This document shows, in pieces, positions 1 through 10,412 of a stretch of 64,000 nt of DNA. The stretch's first letter is position 1. Each line of letters begins with the position of its first letter. The notes beneath the pieces were generated by a model, which was not told the DNA's origin, ran no database searches, and saw only the letters and a list, made by a program, of their open reading frames with translations. Source of the DNA: an uncultured delta proteobacterium (GTDB lineage Bacteria > Desulfobacterota > Binatia > Binatales > Binataceae); the NCBI GenBank assembly GCA_963794325.1, contig CAWCDG010000004.1, positions 192,001 through 256,000 on the forward strand. The letters run 5' to 3'. The translations under genes and the position numbers were made by a program.

Positions 1-951
1 CTTGTCCATCCCGACCAGCGGCCGCATGACCGGAAACGATGCCGCCTTCTCGATCACCGCCATGTTCTCGAGCGTCTGCGACGCGACCTGCCCCAGGCTC
101 TCGCCCGTCACCAGCACCGTCGCCTGCGAACGTTCCGCAAGTGCGCTCGCGATTCGCAACATGAAGCGCCGGTAGAGCACCACGCGCAGCGGACGCAGAG
201 TGTTCGCGACGATCTCGCGCTGCAGGTTCCCGAACGGCACCAGCATCAGCGTTGATCGCACCTGCCATCGCGTCAAATGCGCAGCCAGCTCGGCCGCCTT
301 CTCGCGGCTCGCAGCAGACACCAGCGGATGCGCGTGAAAGTGCACGAAGTCCAACCGGAGCCCGCGACGCATCATGCGATACGCCGCGACCGGCGAGTCG
401 ATACCGCCCGACAGCAGCGCCATTCCACGTCCAGTGACTCCAACCGGCAATCCGCCCGCGCCCGGTAGCTTGCCGGCCGATACGTATGCGGCGTCGTTCA
501 TTATCTCGATCGAAATCGTCAGCTCGGGCGCGCTCAGATCGACTTCGAAGCCAAGCGCCTCCTGCACTTCGCCGCCGACCGCCCGATCAATCTCGACCGA
601 GTTCATCGCAAACCGTTTGTCCTCGCGCTTGGTCCGCACCGCAAACGTGCGCGCCTTGCTTCCGGTGGCGCGCTTGATCGCTTCACGCGAGATCGATTCG
701 ATATCGCGCGGCGTCGAATAGCTGAGCGAGAAATTCTGCAAGCCGAAAATTGTTGTCGCGCGCTCGGCCGCGGTTTCGTCGCTGAGTTCATCGGGAAGCG
801 GCACCAGCAGGCGCGGCCCGACGCTGCGCATGTTGCCGAGCCGGTAGTCGGCGAAAATGTCGCGCAGGTTTTGCTTGACCTGATCGACGAACCTCCACTG
901 ATTGCGCCCCTTGAGCGCGATCTCGTGGTACCTGCCAATCAAATATCTCAT
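1..951 (-). CDS. thiI: tRNA 4-thiouridine synthase ThiI (3' end runs off the window)
   Basis: Translated by hand: starts MRYLIGRYHEIALKGRNQ at ATG 951; PP-loop LLSGGIDSPVA; GESLGQVASQT and RPLVGMDK motifs. Confidence 0.93.
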   Translation of the reverse strand, partial: MRYLIGRYHEIALKGRNQWRFVDQVKQNLRDIFADYRLGNMRSVGPRLLVPLPDELSDETAAERATTIFGLQNFSLSYSTPRDIESISREAIKRATGSKARTFAVRTKREDKRFAMNSVEIDRAVGGEVQEALGFEVDLSAPELTISIEIMNDAAYVSAGKLPGAGGLPVGVTGRGMALLSGGIDSPVAAYRMMRRGLRLDFVHFHAHPLVSAASREKAAELAAHLTRWQVRSTLMLVPFGNLQREIVANTLRPLRVVLYRRFMLRIASALAERSQATVLVTGESLGQVASQTLENMAVIEKAASFPVMRPLVGMDK

Positions 952-980
952 CTCGTTCAATCGCCCGCGCGCGACGCTTA

Positions 981-1017
981 ACCCCTCTCCCTGTAAGGGA
1001 GAGGATTAAGGTGAGGG
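981..1017. repeat. REP-like palindrome, CCCT family
   Basis: CCTCTCCC-TGTAA-GGGAGAGG followed by TTAAGGTGAGGG. Confidence 0.7.
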
Positions 1018-1144
1018 TCCTTTTCAGCGCGCGTCCTCTGCGCGCGACTTAAGATTCTGCCTCTTCAATCTGTTATGCAAACTTCTCGCATCGAGAGACG
1101 CGCCGCGCTTGCGCCAATGCCCCTGCGCGCGATTATCTGTAGCG

Positions 1145-1753
1145 ATGAGCGACAGCACCGTGTTCGCCGCACACATTGAAAAAATCCGGCGCAAGCTCTC
1201 GACCGTCACTCCGCCGCCGCGCGAGGCGCTCGCCAACAAATCAAATGCCGCCGCGGTGCTGATTCCAATCTTCGAGCGCGATGGCGAGCTGAACATCGTC
1301 TATATCCGCCGATCCGATCACGTCGCCAGTCATCGCGGGCAAGTCGCGTTCCCCGGCGGCCGGGTCGATCCAATCGATGCGACCCTGCTCGACGCGGCGC
1401 TGCGTGAGGCGCACGAAGAAGTCGGCATCCATCCTTCGGCCGTCGAGGTAATCGGCGCGTTCGCCACGATGCAGACGACGACCAGCGGAATCGTAGTCGC
1501 GCCATTCGTCGGCGTCATTGCTTCGGACGCGCCGCTCAAGCCGCAACTCTCCGAGGTCGCACAAATCTTCGATGTGCCGCTGAGCGCGCTGCGCGATCCC
1601 AAGTTCCGCGGCGACTACGAATGGAAGAGCGAGGGGCCCGCTACCCGCTCATCGAAATTTCCGGCGATACTGTACGGCGGCCAGACAATCTGGGGCCTGA
1701 CCCTGCGCATCACGCTGAACCTTCTCGAACTGCTCGATCCCGCCAAGACATGA
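1145..1753 (+). CDS. Nudix hydrolase, CoA pyrophosphatase (NudL/PCD1-like)
   Basis: AAVLIP, HRGQVAFPGG, Nudix box ALREAHEEVG, IWGLT. Confidence 0.9.
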   Translation: MSDSTVFAAHIEKIRRKLSTVTPPPREALANKSNAAAVLIPIFERDGELNIVYIRRSDHVASHRGQVAFPGGRVDPIDATLLDAALREAHEEVGIHPSAVEVIGAFATMQTTTSGIVVAPFVGVIASDAPLKPQLSEVAQIFDVPLSALRDPKFRGDYEWKSEGPATRSSKFPAILYGGQTIWGLTLRITLNLLELLDPAKT

Positions 1754-1777
1754 GCGAGCATCGCGATTCGCGCATAC

Positions 1778-1886
1778 AACCTAACCCTGTCCCGAGCGGG
1801 AAGGGGGACCGGAATGAGGAAACCGAGTCTTCGCCCCTTCTGCGATTGTTCCCCTTCCCTCGAGGGAAGGGGTTAGGGGTTAGGTT
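1778..1886. repeat. Inverted pair of CCTAACC-type REP units
   Basis: AACCTAACCCTGTCCCGAGCGGGAAGGGG ... CCCCTTCCCTCGAGGGAAGGGGTTAGGGGTTAGGTT. Confidence 0.85.
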
Positions 1887-1935
1887 CCTGACGATCATAC
1901 ACTCCGCACCAGAATAGATTCGAAGGGAGTCGAAG

Positions 1936-3513
1936 ATGGGACGCAATATTCTTTTTATCACCACCGATCAGCAGCGCTACGACGCGCTCGGATGCAATGG
2001 CGGCAAGATCGCGCAGACGCCGGTGGCCGACCGCCTCGCCGCCAACGGCATCAACTACAATCGCGCGCACAACCAGAATGTCGTCTGCATGCCGGCGCGA
2101 TCGACGATGATTACCGGCCAGTACGTGCGCACGCATGGCGTGGTGGCCAACGGCGTCGCGCTCCCGCCCGATGCGCCGAGCGTCGCGTCATATCTCCACG
2201 AGAAGGCCGGCTACCGCACCGCGCTGCTCGGCAAGGCGCATTTCGAGCCCGCCTTCGATTTGCAGGGGCGATGGTTCGAGAACTCGATGGCGCGCAAGAA
2301 TTCGACCGGGCCGTATCGCGGGTTCGATCGGATGGAACTCGCGATGCATACGCCGGTCGGCGGCTGGCATTACTCACTGTGGTTGCAGAACAACCATCCC
2401 GACGAGATCGCAGGCTTCGCGCCGATTCTAAGCGCGCTTCCGGGCGGCGACACCGGCGCGCCCGAAGTGAAATACAATCCCGTGCCGCGCGAGCATTACC
2501 ATACTGACTGGGTCGCCGCCCGAACGATCGCGTACCTCGACTCGCTCGATCCCAACGACAACTGGTTCGTGTGGATGAGCTTCCCCGACCCGCATCATCC
2601 GTGGGATCCGCCGCAGGACGAGGCGCGCCGAATCAACTGGCGCGATCTAGATCTGCCCGCCAGCTATCCCGGCTCGCGTGAAAAGATCGAGAAGATACTC
2701 TCCGGCAAGCCGCGCCATTGGCTCGACTGGTACGAAGGCCGCTTCGGCAATTTCGAAGGCGGCCCTGGCAGCTTCGTGCCGTGTCAGATGACCGAGAATC
2801 AGGTTCGCGAAGTCAACGCGATGACTCATGTCGAGAACGAACTGATCGACCAGGCATGCGGGCGGGTGCTCGATCGAATCGCCGAGCGCGGATGGGAATC
2901 GCGCACCGATGTAATTTTCACCACCGACCACGGCGAGCTGCAAGGCGACTTCGGCCTGCTCTACAAAGGCCCGTATCACGTCGATGCGCTGATGCGACTG
3001 CCGATGATCTGGAGGCCAGCGCCGTCGGCAAACGTCGCGCACAACGAAATCGCGGAGCCGGTCGGCCAACTCGATCTCGCGCCGACGTTCTGCCAAATCG
3101 CCGGCGTGCCGGTTCCCGATTGGATGCAGGGAAAGCCGCTGCCGGTTGCGCCGGGCAGTGGCCGCGAACGCGTTATCACCGAATGGGACAGCCAGTTCGC
3201 CGCAATCGGGATGCATCTGCGGAGTATCTACCGCGACGGCTACACGCTGACGGTTTACGAGAAATCGACCCGCGACGTCGGCTTCGACCTCGCCAACATT
3301 CCGCCGATGGTCGCGCCTCGCGGCGGCATTTTAGATATCCGCTACGACGGCACCGAGGGCGAGCTTTACAACCTGCGCGAAGACCCGATGCAATGGCGCA
3401 ATCTGTGGAACGATCCCGCATACGCAAAGCTGAAGTCCGACCTGCGCGCGGACCTGTACGACAATCTTCCGCCAGAGCGGAATCCGAAGCTGCCGGTCGA
3501 GGCGCCGGCGTGA
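1936..3513 (+). CDS. Sulfatase-family hydrolase (Cys-type)
   Basis: NILFITTDQQR, CMPAR (CxPxR), GKAH, PHHP, TTDHGE, ELYNL motifs. Confidence 0.92.
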   Translation: MGRNILFITTDQQRYDALGCNGGKIAQTPVADRLAANGINYNRAHNQNVVCMPARSTMITGQYVRTHGVVANGVALPPDAPSVASYLHEKAGYRTALLGKAHFEPAFDLQGRWFENSMARKNSTGPYRGFDRMELAMHTPVGGWHYSLWLQNNHPDEIAGFAPILSALPGGDTGAPEVKYNPVPREHYHTDWVAARTIAYLDSLDPNDNWFVWMSFPDPHHPWDPPQDEARRINWRDLDLPASYPGSREKIEKILSGKPRHWLDWYEGRFGNFEGGPGSFVPCQMTENQVREVNAMTHVENELIDQACGRVLDRIAERGWESRTDVIFTTDHGELQGDFGLLYKGPYHVDALMRLPMIWRPAPSANVAHNEIAEPVGQLDLAPTFCQIAGVPVPDWMQGKPLPVAPGSGRERVITEWDSQFAAIGMHLRSIYRDGYTLTVYEKSTRDVGFDLANIPPMVAPRGGILDIRYDGTEGELYNLREDPMQWRNLWNDPAYAKLKSDLRADLYDNLPPERNPKLPVEAPA

Positions 3514-3522
3514 GCGGGGGAG

Positions 3523-3875
3523 TGGAAGGGGAAGTCACTTGATCAAACGCGGAACCCACCGTGGGTTCCGCACCTCCTTGGGCAGGGGTGACCCCTGCAC
3601 CCAGTGAGAAGGAGAAGATGCGGGGCTTCGCCCCTGTTAGAACTTTGTCGGGAAGAAGCTTTCCCCCACGTCCGGTTCCCCTTCCCGCGCGGGAAGGGGT
3701 TAGGGGTTAGGTTCTTCACGCCCGCGGCGCGGCCTCCGAATACCTCGCCCGTTATTTTACGGGAGAGGAGGCCGGCGGGCGCAGCCGCCGGTAGGTGAGG
3801 GTTCTGCGGTCAGGTCACAAAGTCAGGCTGCTCACTCTTTGTGTCATTCAGAGCGAAGCGAAGAATCCCGAATCC
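3523..3875. repeat. Mixed cluster of palindromic repeats (A-B hairpins, CCTAACC unit, CCCTCACC variant, TGTCATTC unit)
   Basis: GCGGAACCCACCGTGGGTTCCGC; GCAGGGGTGACCCCTGC; CCCTTCCCGCGCGGGAAGGGGTTAGGGGTTAGG; TGTCATTCAGAGCGAAGCGAAGAATCC. Confidence 0.85.
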
Positions 3876-3904
3876 GCGCAGGTCCGAAATGAAGAGGTAA
3901 GAGC

Positions 3905-4945
3905 ATGGAGATCACATCATTGAAACTGGTCGGCGCGTTTGGGTCGCCTTATTCGCGGAAGATGCGCGCGGTTTTGCGGTTTCGGCGAATTCCGTTCCGG
4001 TGGATCATGCGCGGATCGAGCGAGGATGTCGGGATTCCGGAGGTTCCGGTCGCGCTGATTCCGGTGATTGTCTTCCCCGGCGAGAATGGACGCGCTGACG
4101 AAGCGATGATCGATTCTACGTTTCAGATTCGGCGGCTCGAGAAGATGTTCCCCGCGCGATCGATTATCCCGGATGATCCGGCGATCGCGTTCCTTGATGC
4201 GCTCCTCGAAGACTACGCCGACGAATGGCTCACCAAGCCGATGTTCCATTACCGATGGAAGTACGCAGCCGATATTCACAAGGCGTCGCACGTGCTCGCA
4301 CTCGACCGCAATCCGTTGATGAGTCGTGACACGTTGGCCTCGATGTCCAGCTATATTGCCAAGCGGCAAATCGAAAGGCTGCGCGTAGTCGGCTCCAACG
4401 ACGTGACCACTCCCGTAATCGAGGCGAGCTACCGGCGTTTGCTCGGGTTGCTCGATTCGCATCTGGTCGCCGGCCGTCGATTCCTCATGGGCGCGCGGCC
4501 CGGTGCGAGCGACTTCGGGTTGTTCGGCCAGTTGAGCCAGTTGGCGCATTTCGATCCCACGCCCGCCGCGATCGCATCCGCCGAGACGCCGCGCGTGGTT
4601 TCCTGGGTGTCGCATCTCGACGATCTCTCGTCGAACGAGATCGAGAACGTCCCATGGCCGTCGCGGGAAGAGGCCGCTATCGCACTCCGACCGTTCTTCA
4701 TCGAAGTCGGCCGGGTCTATGCGCCGTTCCTGATCGCGAATGCGCGCGCGCTCGCCTCGGGTGCGACCGAAGTCCGATGCGAGATCGACGGTCTCCCATG
4801 GGTACAGCAGCCCTTCCCCTACCAGGGCAAATGCCTCAAATGGCTGCGCGAAGCTCGCGAGGCGCTAAGCACCGCCGATCGAAAATTTGCGGACGGCGCG
4901 CTTGAATCCACCGGCGCGGACAGAATCTTCGGAAAACTTGATTGA
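3905..4945 (+). CDS. Glutathione S-transferase-like protein
   Basis: GSPYSRKMRAVLR, IDST, LEDYADEW, FLMGARPGASDFGLFGQL. Confidence 0.82.
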   Translation: MEITSLKLVGAFGSPYSRKMRAVLRFRRIPFRWIMRGSSEDVGIPEVPVALIPVIVFPGENGRADEAMIDSTFQIRRLEKMFPARSIIPDDPAIAFLDALLEDYADEWLTKPMFHYRWKYAADIHKASHVLALDRNPLMSRDTLASMSSYIAKRQIERLRVVGSNDVTTPVIEASYRRLLGLLDSHLVAGRRFLMGARPGASDFGLFGQLSQLAHFDPTPAAIASAETPRVVSWVSHLDDLSSNEIENVPWPSREEAAIALRPFFIEVGRVYAPFLIANARALASGATEVRCEIDGLPWVQQPFPYQGKCLKWLREAREALSTADRKFADGALESTGADRIFGKLD

Positions 4946-5052
4946 ATGTGCAACCCGCGGTGGGTTCCACACCTCCTTCGGCAGGGCTAAGCCCTGCACC
5001 TTAGAACTAATCGCAAAATGGCGAGGACGCCGTTTTGCTCTCAGGGTCGGGG
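4931..5052 (+). repeat. Three-hairpin (A-B-C) repeat, overlapping the GST stop codon
   Basis: ACTTGATTGAAT, GTGCAACCCGCGGTGGGTTCCAC, GCAGGGCTAAGCCCTGC, GCAAAATGGCG-AGGA-CGCCGTTTTGC. Confidence 0.85.
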
Positions 5053-5111
5053 GGTAGGCCTAGCGGGGCGGGCTGCCGAGAGATGCCTCTTTGTAGGATT
5101 ATATACTCTAC

Positions 5112-5140
5112 TTGACACATTCGTGAGATATGTAGATACT
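5112..5140 (+). promoter_or_regulatory. Putative sigma70 promoter
   Basis: TTGACA-17 bp-GATACT in an AT-rich stretch. Confidence 0.4.
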
Positions 5141-5310
5141 CGGTGACGTTAATTTAGTAAAGATTTCACGCTTGGACATGACAAGACTGATAAAAGTGGA
5201 TCGAAACTTTCGAGACAGCAATGGTCCGTTGCCAGGAATTTTGCCACTACGCCAAGGGCTTTCAGGCAATGCTCAGCTCGTTGCAAAAATCCTGGCGGGG
5301 AGGATCACCG

Positions 5311-5775
5311 ATGACGGCGCTCGCAAACGTTAAAAAATCAGAGACCTCGGATTTTCCTGCGGGCGATCGATCGAACGCGGAAAGAATCTTCGACGAGTTT
5401 TGTGCCGACCTCGAGAGTATCGCCGCTCTCGGTGTGACCGCCGAGGAATTCCGGGAACTGTCGCGCGCCTCGCTGTTCGGAACATTGACCAGCAAGGACG
5501 ACCTGATGTTCATGCTGCGGCAGATTCGTGCCGCGATGAATCCAGCGGCATCGCGGGCAGACGGACAATCGATTCCGGACGTTAATCATCTGGCCGAGAC
5601 GATGCGCCTGGCGGCACTGGCGAAACTCGACGAACTGGATTTGAAGGCTGCCCGGCGGAGAGAGTCGGTCGTGGGCCGGATTGAGGCGGCGTTGGGGTTA
5701 GTCAACCTGATGCTCGGACGAGCGCAGTCCTTTGCCGCGCATCTGTCGCACAAACTTAGTCGCCGACTCGCTTAG
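5311..5775 (+). CDS. Hypothetical protein
   Basis: GGAGG RBS before ATG 5311; helical-looking sequence; no recognised motif. Confidence 0.65.
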   Translation: MTALANVKKSETSDFPAGDRSNAERIFDEFCADLESIAALGVTAEEFRELSRASLFGTLTSKDDLMFMLRQIRAAMNPAASRADGQSIPDVNHLAETMRLAALAKLDELDLKAARRRESVVGRIEAALGLVNLMLGRAQSFAAHLSHKLSRRLA

Positions 5776-6017
5776 TTGGCGACCAGTCTAAAGCGGCTAG
5801 CGCCTCACTAACCTACCGGCAGTTAACCGTTCGTTGTGCGTTCATGGCTTACCCGGTTAAGCTATTCGCGTTGCCGACATCTCCAGATACAACCGCCAGC
5901 AACCCGAAACGCGAGCTGCCGCGATCATGTTCAGCGACGTGGTCGGGTACACCGCGACGTGCTGCTGAAAAAAGTGCATCTCGACAAGTGAAATTCCCGA
6001 TGATTGGAGCCAAGCGA

Positions 6018-6530
6018 ATGAACCGTCCACGCCACGACTCGAGAACGTTCCTGGTGGTTGCCGTTTTGCTTCTGAGTGTCGCCGGCGGCGCATCGATTGC
6101 GCGGGCGGACCGCGAGGCTGCGCTGATGAACCAGGTGAACGCCGCGCTGCGCAGCAATCCCCGGCTCAACGGCGCGAAGGCGTACACGGCAGCGGAGGGC
6201 GTGGTCGTGCTTTACGGCACGGTGTTCGACGACAAGGATCGCGCGATGGCGGAGCAGATCGCGAATTCCGTCAACGGCGTCACGCAAGTCGTCGATAACC
6301 TGCGGACCAAGACCGGCAAATGGGCCGATGAAGAAGAGCGTATCAACACCCAGCTCCTGAGCAACGGGTTCAACGACGTGCAGGCGAAAGTGGTCGGTCC
6401 TTACATTTATCTGTCGGGCAACGTCACCGGGCCGGCCGACAAGAATCGCGCCGCCAACGTGGCGTCGTCGGTTTATCCGAACAAGCAAATCAACAACATG
6501 ATCTTTGTCCAGCCGGGATCGATGTTCTAG
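6018..6530 (+). CDS. Secreted protein with two BON domains
   Basis: Signal peptide; GVVVLYGTV...A..IA..VNGVTQVVDNL; second repeat IYLSGNV. Confidence 0.85.
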   Translation: MNRPRHDSRTFLVVAVLLLSVAGGASIARADREAALMNQVNAALRSNPRLNGAKAYTAAEGVVVLYGTVFDDKDRAMAEQIANSVNGVTQVVDNLRTKTGKWADEEERINTQLLSNGFNDVQAKVVGPYIYLSGNVTGPADKNRAANVASSVYPNKQINNMIFVQPGSMF

Positions 6531-7051
6531 GTGGGTTCGTGGCGCTTCTGATCCGCGAGCATCTCGAAGTAGGAGACGTCGAGCAGGCCGGCTTTTTCGA
6601 CATTGAGCGCCGCGAGGATTTCGTTCACTGCGCCGCGGCTCTGCTCGGGATCGTCGGCGTCGGCGATCACCGCCTCGATTTCGCCGAAGTCACCGAGGCG
6701 AGTGACCTGGTCGAGATGCAGGCGGACGTTGTCGCGCATCATGAGGGTCCGGACTTTTTCGACGACCGCAATCGGGCCGAGAGCGCTGGCCAGAATCCTT
6801 AGCGTGCGCGGCGGGTCGGCGACCTTCACAATCTCGTAGTTGCTCAGCATCAAGGGGGCGCTCTGGTCGCGATGGTAGTAGATTAGAACGGCGCTGCCGT
6901 TTTCCTCGCGCAATTTCAACTTGCCGTTGGCGACGCGAAAGAAGGTATCGCGCTGATGGAGTATCGCGCGGCGCGTGTATCCAATCGCGCTCGCGCGCGA
7001 TTCGGCTTCGGCGTGATTCGGCAGGCGGAACTTTGCTTCCAGGTTTTTCAC
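6527..7051 (-). CDS. CYTH domain / class IV adenylate cyclase-like protein
   Basis: NLEAKFR (ExExK-like), QRDTFF, LKLRE, VEKVR, HLDQV, GEIEAV, SY. Confidence 0.88.
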   Translation of the reverse strand: MKNLEAKFRLPNHAEAESRASAIGYTRRAILHQRDTFFRVANGKLKLREENGSAVLIYYHRDQSAPLMLSNYEIVKVADPPRTLRILASALGPIAVVEKVRTLMMRDNVRLHLDQVTRLGDFGEIEAVIADADDPEQSRGAVNEILAALNVEKAGLLDVSYFEMLADQKRHEPT

Positions 7052-7117
7052 GTGAGAAACTTGACAGTTCGGGAAGCGCGCGCATAGGCTTCCACGACCT
7101 CGCGCCGCGGCATTCAT

Positions 7118-8299
7118 TTGAGTAAGCCACCCGAAATAAATGCGCACGACACCAAGCTTGTTGAGGCAGGCTTCGATCCGGCGGCAGCGCCGGCCGATGC
7201 GATCGCCAAGCTTCGCGAGCTGCGGGGAAAGCCCGGAGTGACGGACCTCGCGATCGCGCGCGCGCTCGGATCAATTGCGGACCCGGGCGCATCCGCGATG
7301 CTCGTAGAGATGGAAGCGGGCGCATCGGGCGCGATGCGGCGCGAAGTCCGTCGCGCGCTGTACAAACTGAAGCAGCACGGTATCGACGCACCCGCGCCGA
7401 TTGCTCCCGCAGCCACCGCCGCGGTGCACGACAGCGACACTGAAAAGACCGCGATGCTGTCGCCGATCGATGGCGAAGGCGCGCGCATCGTGTGGATCGT
7501 CAAGCCTCGCGCGCAGGGCGGCCTGATCCGGATGTGGGCACTGATTTCCGAAGCCGAGGGCCTGGTGGGCGCGCAGAACACTCATCTGTCGCGGCGGGAG
7601 CTGAAGTCTGAGCGCGACGAGCTCGAGCGGCGCGCGCAGGTGAAGCTGGTCGAAGGCGATTGGCGGGTCGCCGATTTCATCGCATGCGAGGCATGGCGCA
7701 ATACGCCCGAGTCGCGGCGCGGCCACGTCGGGAACTTTCTGGCGCTGCGCGCGGAGCTGATCACGTCGCCGCCGCCGACCGGGCTGGCGCATCCGGTTTA
7801 TGCCGAGCTTGCCGCCGAAGCCGCCGCCGAGCCGTCAGTCGAGCTACTCAAGGAGCCTGAACTACTCGAATGGCGGCTGCCCGACGCGCAGCTGAAAGCA
7901 TACGTGGATGAAATGAATCAGGCGGGCGAGAGCGTGATTGTGTTGAGCCCGGTGCATAAGCAGGAGCGCGTGAATGCGGTGATCGATCGCGCGACCACGG
8001 AACTTCTGACAGGCGACAACGGCAAGCGCATCCAGCGGCGGCTCGAGGATATCGCGTACTACATGGTGCGCGCCGGACGCCGCGAGCAGGCGGGATGGGC
8101 CGCGGCGGCTGCGGCGCGGATGCGCGACGGAATCGACGTGACCAAGGTACTTTTCTTTCAGGCTTTCATCCGCACGCAGTTGGGAACGGTCGCGGCGGCT
8201 GAGCAGCAAAAGGCCGAAGAGGAGCCGCGCCTGATTATGACGCCGGCGGAGGCGATGCGGGCGCGCGAGGCTCGCGAGGCGAGAACGCGGCGCAGATAA
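7118..8299 (+). CDS. Hypothetical protein, mostly helical
   Basis: 393-aa ORF with genome-like codon usage; RRALYKLKQHGI segment. Confidence 0.75.
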   Translation: MSKPPEINAHDTKLVEAGFDPAAAPADAIAKLRELRGKPGVTDLAIARALGSIADPGASAMLVEMEAGASGAMRREVRRALYKLKQHGIDAPAPIAPAATAAVHDSDTEKTAMLSPIDGEGARIVWIVKPRAQGGLIRMWALISEAEGLVGAQNTHLSRRELKSERDELERRAQVKLVEGDWRVADFIACEAWRNTPESRRGHVGNFLALRAELITSPPPTGLAHPVYAELAAEAAAEPSVELLKEPELLEWRLPDAQLKAYVDEMNQAGESVIVLSPVHKQERVNAVIDRATTELLTGDNGKRIQRRLEDIAYYMVRAGRREQAGWAAAAAARMRDGIDVTKVLFFQAFIRTQLGTVAAAEQQKAEEEPRLIMTPAEAMRAREAREARTRRR

Positions 8300-8600
8300 T
8301 CGCCTGCGCGGCGGGCGGCAGGGGTGACCCCTGCACCCAGTGATAGGAAATCGCGAAATGTCGAGGACGACCTTTCGCTCTGGTTCTCACTTTTTGTGTC
8401 ATTCAGAGCGCAGCCAAATAGCTCCGCTTCCAACCAGCCGAAGCCCTGAGCGCAGCCGAAGGGGAATAATCCCGGCTCCCGAGCGAGAAGGGGAACTGGA
8501 TAAATGAGTGAGAAGGGTGTCCTTTTGTCATTCTGAAGGCCGAAGGCCGTAGAATCCCGGATCCGGATTCGGGACCCTACCGCTTCGCTTCAGGGTGACA
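8297..8600. repeat. Repeat cluster: B-C hairpins plus several TGTCATTC units
   Basis: GCAGGGGTGACCCCTGCACCCAG; GCGAAATGTCG-AGGA-CGACCTTTCGC; TGTCATTCTGAAGGCCGAAGGCC ... CTTCAGGGTGACA. Confidence 0.85.
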
Positions 8601-8717
8601 GGAAAATCAAATGTCAGACCTCAACAACAGATCGCAATTGTCGTTCTTCACCTCTCCCTTCGTAACGGCGCTGCGGATACGGTCATGGTCGTGAAATGAG
8701 GCAAAGGAGAAGTTGTT

Positions 8718-9614
8718 ATGCGAGTCTTCGTTACCGGGGCTACAGGGTTTATCGGTTCTGCGATTGTTCAGGAGCTAATTGATGCGGGGCATCAGGTGAT
8801 CGGACTGGCGCGCTCGGATGCGGGCGCCAAGTCTCTGGCAGCCGCCGGCGCGCAGGTGCATCGCGGCGATCTCGAAGACCTGGAAAGCCTGCGCAGTGGA
8901 GCATCGATGTCGGATGGCGTGATTCATTGCGCCTTTAATCACGACTTCTCGAAGTACGCGGCTAACTGTGAGGCGGACCGGCACGCTATCGAGGCTCTCG
9001 GATCCGCGCTGGTTGGATCTGACCGCCCCTTGATCATCACCTCGGGGACCGCGGTCGCCCTCACGCCGGGCCGCGTCGCGACCGAAAACGATGCGCCCAT
9101 TTCGAGTTCCGCCGGGATGCCACGCAGTGCGTCAGAGGAGGCGGCGGCTTCGGTCGCGCTTGGGGGCGTGCGCGTGTCGGTTGTGCGCCTCCCGCAGGTC
9201 CACGACCGGGTCAAACACGGACTCGTCAGCCCCGTGATCGACATAGCTCGCGAGAAGGGTGTGTCGGCGTACGTCGGCGACGGGCACTACCGCTGGCCCG
9301 CGGTGCATCTGATCGATACCGCGCGCCTCTACCGGCTGGCGCTTGAGAAGGGCGATGCGAACGCGAGGTACAACGCGATCGGCGAAGAAGGCGTCCCGTT
9401 TCGAGAGATCGCTGAGGTAATCGGCCGCGGCCTGAAGGTGCCGGTCATCGCGAAGCCCCTCGAGGAGGCATCCGAGCACTTTGGCTGGCTCGGGTTCTTC
9501 ATGGGCGTCGATGCCCCGGCTTCAAGCGCGCAAACGCAGGAACGGCTGGGATGGCATCCGACGCAGGTTGGGATGATTGACGATCTCGAACATGCGAAGG
9601 CCTTCGAAGTGTGA
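8718..9614 (+). CDS. NAD-dependent epimerase/dehydratase (atypical SDR)
   Basis: MRVFVTGATGFIGSA Rossmann motif; AAGGAG RBS. Confidence 0.92.
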   Translation: MRVFVTGATGFIGSAIVQELIDAGHQVIGLARSDAGAKSLAAAGAQVHRGDLEDLESLRSGASMSDGVIHCAFNHDFSKYAANCEADRHAIEALGSALVGSDRPLIITSGTAVALTPGRVATENDAPISSSAGMPRSASEEAAASVALGGVRVSVVRLPQVHDRVKHGLVSPVIDIAREKGVSAYVGDGHYRWPAVHLIDTARLYRLALEKGDANARYNAIGEEGVPFREIAEVIGRGLKVPVIAKPLEEASEHFGWLGFFMGVDAPASSAQTQERLGWHPTQVGMIDDLEHAKAFEV

Positions 9615-9621
9615 GGGAGTC

Positions 9622-10002
9622 CTAATCTGGCGGGTTAGCGACGGGCGTGACGGCGACCGAGACTGCATTCCAGGTTCCGTCGCGCTTGGCGAAGACCCGC
9701 AGGAAACGCTGGTCGATGACGATGCGGCCGTCGTCCGACTCCAATTGAAGGCGTCCGCGGCTTATGCCGGTGTCTCCGAAGACCCGCACGTGTTGCTCAC
9801 TGAATGTCGCCGATCCGGCCCGCGCCCCCGGCGGGTCAATCATCAGCAACGCCTTCGTGATGGGTTCGTTCAAGGCGGTCCAACCGGTGAAGTCATCGGC
9901 GAGGATGTGAGCCAGCGGCGCGCGGTCGGCGCGCCGATACGCCTCGTTCCACTCGTTATCCAGGCGCAATATCTGCGCTTCATCGTCTGCTTGTGTCTCC
10001 AT
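9622..10002 (-). CDS. NTF2-like (DUF4440-type) protein
   Basis: WNEAY..AD...LAHILADDF; VRVFGDT; FLRVFAKRDGTW. Confidence 0.8.
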   Translation of the reverse strand: METQADDEAQILRLDNEWNEAYRRADRAPLAHILADDFTGWTALNEPITKALLMIDPPGARAGSATFSEQHVRVFGDTGISRGRLQLESDDGRIVIDQRFLRVFAKRDGTWNAVSVAVTPVANPPD

Positions 10003-10022
10003 GATGCACCCAGCCTCGCTCA

Positions 10023-10412
10023 CTAGCCAGGTCGCCAGCCCTTTGGCGCTTCCATCATCAACGCCAAAATGTGCGCATCGGGGTCGCGGAAGAAGGTCAT
10101 CCAAAGGTCATGGTCCTCCATCTGTGTGATGCGATGGATTTGGTCCGCGAAGGTCAGTCCCCGTGCCTCCAGGGCGGCGCGCGCAACTACGATGTCCGCG
10201 ACCCGGAAGTAGAGGACGGCACCGTGTTCAATTGGTGCGTCGCCGCGCGACTGTTCCAACAATAAGCGCAGCCCGCCCATGTCGAAGAAGCTCAACGGCC
10301 CGAACCGGAAGAGCTTTCTCAGGCCCAGCACCTCTCCGTAGAATCGCTCGGACGCATCAACGTCCCGCACTTCAAGCGCAATCTGTCCAAGTCCATTGAG
10401 ATTGATCGCCAC
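10023..10412 (-). CDS. VOC/glyoxalase family protein
   Basis: LGQIALEVRDVDASERFYGEVLGL; FFRDPDAHILALM; AAGGAGG RBS before GTG. Confidence 0.88.
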   Translation of the reverse strand: MAINLNGLGQIALEVRDVDASERFYGEVLGLRKLFRFGPLSFFDMGGLRLLLEQSRGDAPIEHGAVLYFRVADIVVARAALEARGLTFADQIHRITQMEDHDLWMTFFRDPDAHILALMMEAPKGWRPG

